Translations under genes and position numbers: made by a program | Shown here: positions 23,583 through 24,507 of the stretch, in pieces | Layout: each line of letters opens with the position of its first letter | Position numbering within the stretch: position 1 is the first letter of the stretch | IMG/VR virus record: IMGVR_UViG_3300037458_001170 | Span: 1 to 24,507 of that record | DNA length: 24,507 nt | From: a virus | Taxonomy: Duplodnaviria > Caudoviricetes | Direction: 5' to 3' (one strand) | Notes under the pieces: model-generated | Database searches by the model: none | What the model was told of the DNA's origin: nothing | The model's input: only the letters and a program-made list of their open reading frames with translations

Positions 23583-24466
23583 GCCACGTTCACCGTGCCG
23601 GGGTAGAGCCGCTTGAAGCCTTCCGTGACCTTGGCGATGAAATCGCGGTCGTGGTCGCGCCAGTAGCGCGGATCACGCATCATCTGGCGGAGGCCTTCCT
23701 CGGTGGTGGTGTCACCACCCTGCACGCCCTTGCTGAAGCCGGGGCCGGCGGCGGCGCCGAGCAGACGTTCGAGCGCCTGCACCTGTTCTGGCGTCGAGAC
23801 GAAGGCATCGAACAGCGCGGCCTGTTCGCCGAGCGCGGCCTCGAGCTTGCCCCACACATGGGCGACACGCTGGACGCCGTTCTCGCCCAACGCGGTGTAG
23901 AAGGCCCGCTTCTCGGCCTCGAGCTCGGCGGGGGTCTTGACCGCGGCGGCCTGGGCGGCGGCGAACTTCGCCACGCCTTTCAGGAACGCATCCTGCGGAA
24001 GCTCGAGGTCATGCGCGATCTCCCGCCACATGCCCAGCATGGGGTGATCGTCCTGAAGGACGAAGTATCGCTTTCCGGGCTCGGGCGTGAAGTCATCGCC
24101 CGGCGGCTTGTCGAGCACCACGACACCAGGCGGCAGCGCCTCCGGCACGGCCAGGGCGTAGCCCTCCGGCTTCTCGGGCACGGCGCCCTTGCGGGCGGCG
24201 TCGAGCTCGGCCTTCACCTGCTCGGTGATCTCGCCGCGCACCGCCTCGGCATAGGCGGTCTTGCCCTGGGCGAAGCGTTGCCCGATCTCTTCCCGCTCCT
24301 TCCACAGTCGCTCGACATCGACGGCGCCGATGTCGGGCTTCCAGTAATCATCGGGCAGAAAGTCAGGCTTGGCGGCGGCGGGCTTGGCCGCTGCGTCAGG
24401 CGCCGCCGTCTGTGCGGCCGGCGCCGTCGCCGGCGGCGGCGCCGCGGGCTCGGTTGGCTCTGGCAT
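23579..24466 (-). CDS. Capsid assembly scaffolding protein (295 aa)
   Basis: Pro/Ala-rich N-terminus, KPDFLPDDYW, VPEKPEGY, C-terminal LRQMMRDPRYWRDHDRDFIAKVTEGFKRLY; upstream of the capsid gene; start placed at ATG 24466. Confidence 0.8.
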   Translation of the reverse strand: MPEPTEPAAPPPATAPAAQTAAPDAAAKPAAAKPDFLPDDYWKPDIGAVDVERLWKEREEIGQRFAQGKTAYAEAVRGEITEQVKAELDAARKGAVPEKPEGYALAVPEALPPGVVVLDKPPGDDFTPEPGKRYFVLQDDHPMLGMWREIAHDLELPQDAFLKGVAKFAAAQAAAVKTPAELEAEKRAFYTALGENGVQRVAHVWGKLEAALGEQAALFDAFVSTPEQVQALERLLGAAAGPGFSKGVQGGDTTTEEGLRQMMRDPRYWRDHDRDFIAKVTEGFKRLYPGTVNVA

Positions 24467-24506
24467 CGTCCATCCTCTGCATGATGGTGGCGACAAGCTC
24501 GCGCTT
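24396..24506 (-). CDS. C-terminal fragment of the small gene upstream of the scaffold (usually follows portal), partial
   Basis: ...KRELVATIMQRMDDARANRARGAAAGDGAGRTDGGA*; enters from the right edge. Confidence 0.4.
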   Translation of the reverse strand, partial: KRELVATIMQRMDDARANRARGAAAGDGAGRTDGGA

Positions 24507-24507
24507 G

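Overview
Very GC-rich segment of a temperate short-tailed (podovirus-type, BPP-1/epsilon15-like structural module) phage, probably of an alphaproteobacterial host (inference from the tRNA-derived att core and gene types). From left to right: (1) a leftward early/replication operon: cro-like gene, several small genes, and a >551-codon P-loop ATPase/helicase-like gene at 1-1653 that runs off the left edge and is missing from the ORF track; (2) an oppositely oriented 1.8-kb island (1654-3439) inside that operon, carrying ardC, two small unknown genes and a terminal HTH gene, with three palindromic operator-like sites, two identical 29-bp start-associated repeats and several hairpins, i.e. an acr-aca-like candidate anti-defence operon; (3) a lambda-like immunity switch (cro / cI-like, five 16-bp operators); (4) a rightward operon ending in xis-like and tyrosine integrase genes; (5) an intact attP whose core is the 3' half of tRNA-Thr(GGT), with phage genes on both sides, so this looks like the excised/virion form; (6) leftward virion genes: scaffold, major capsid, decoration, tail tubular A/B, four internal/ejection proteins (one with a lytic transglycosylase domain, one with a ddrB-like ParB domain), a T7-type tail fibre and a putative chaperone. 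All family assignments come from motif recognition by eye, not from database searches.
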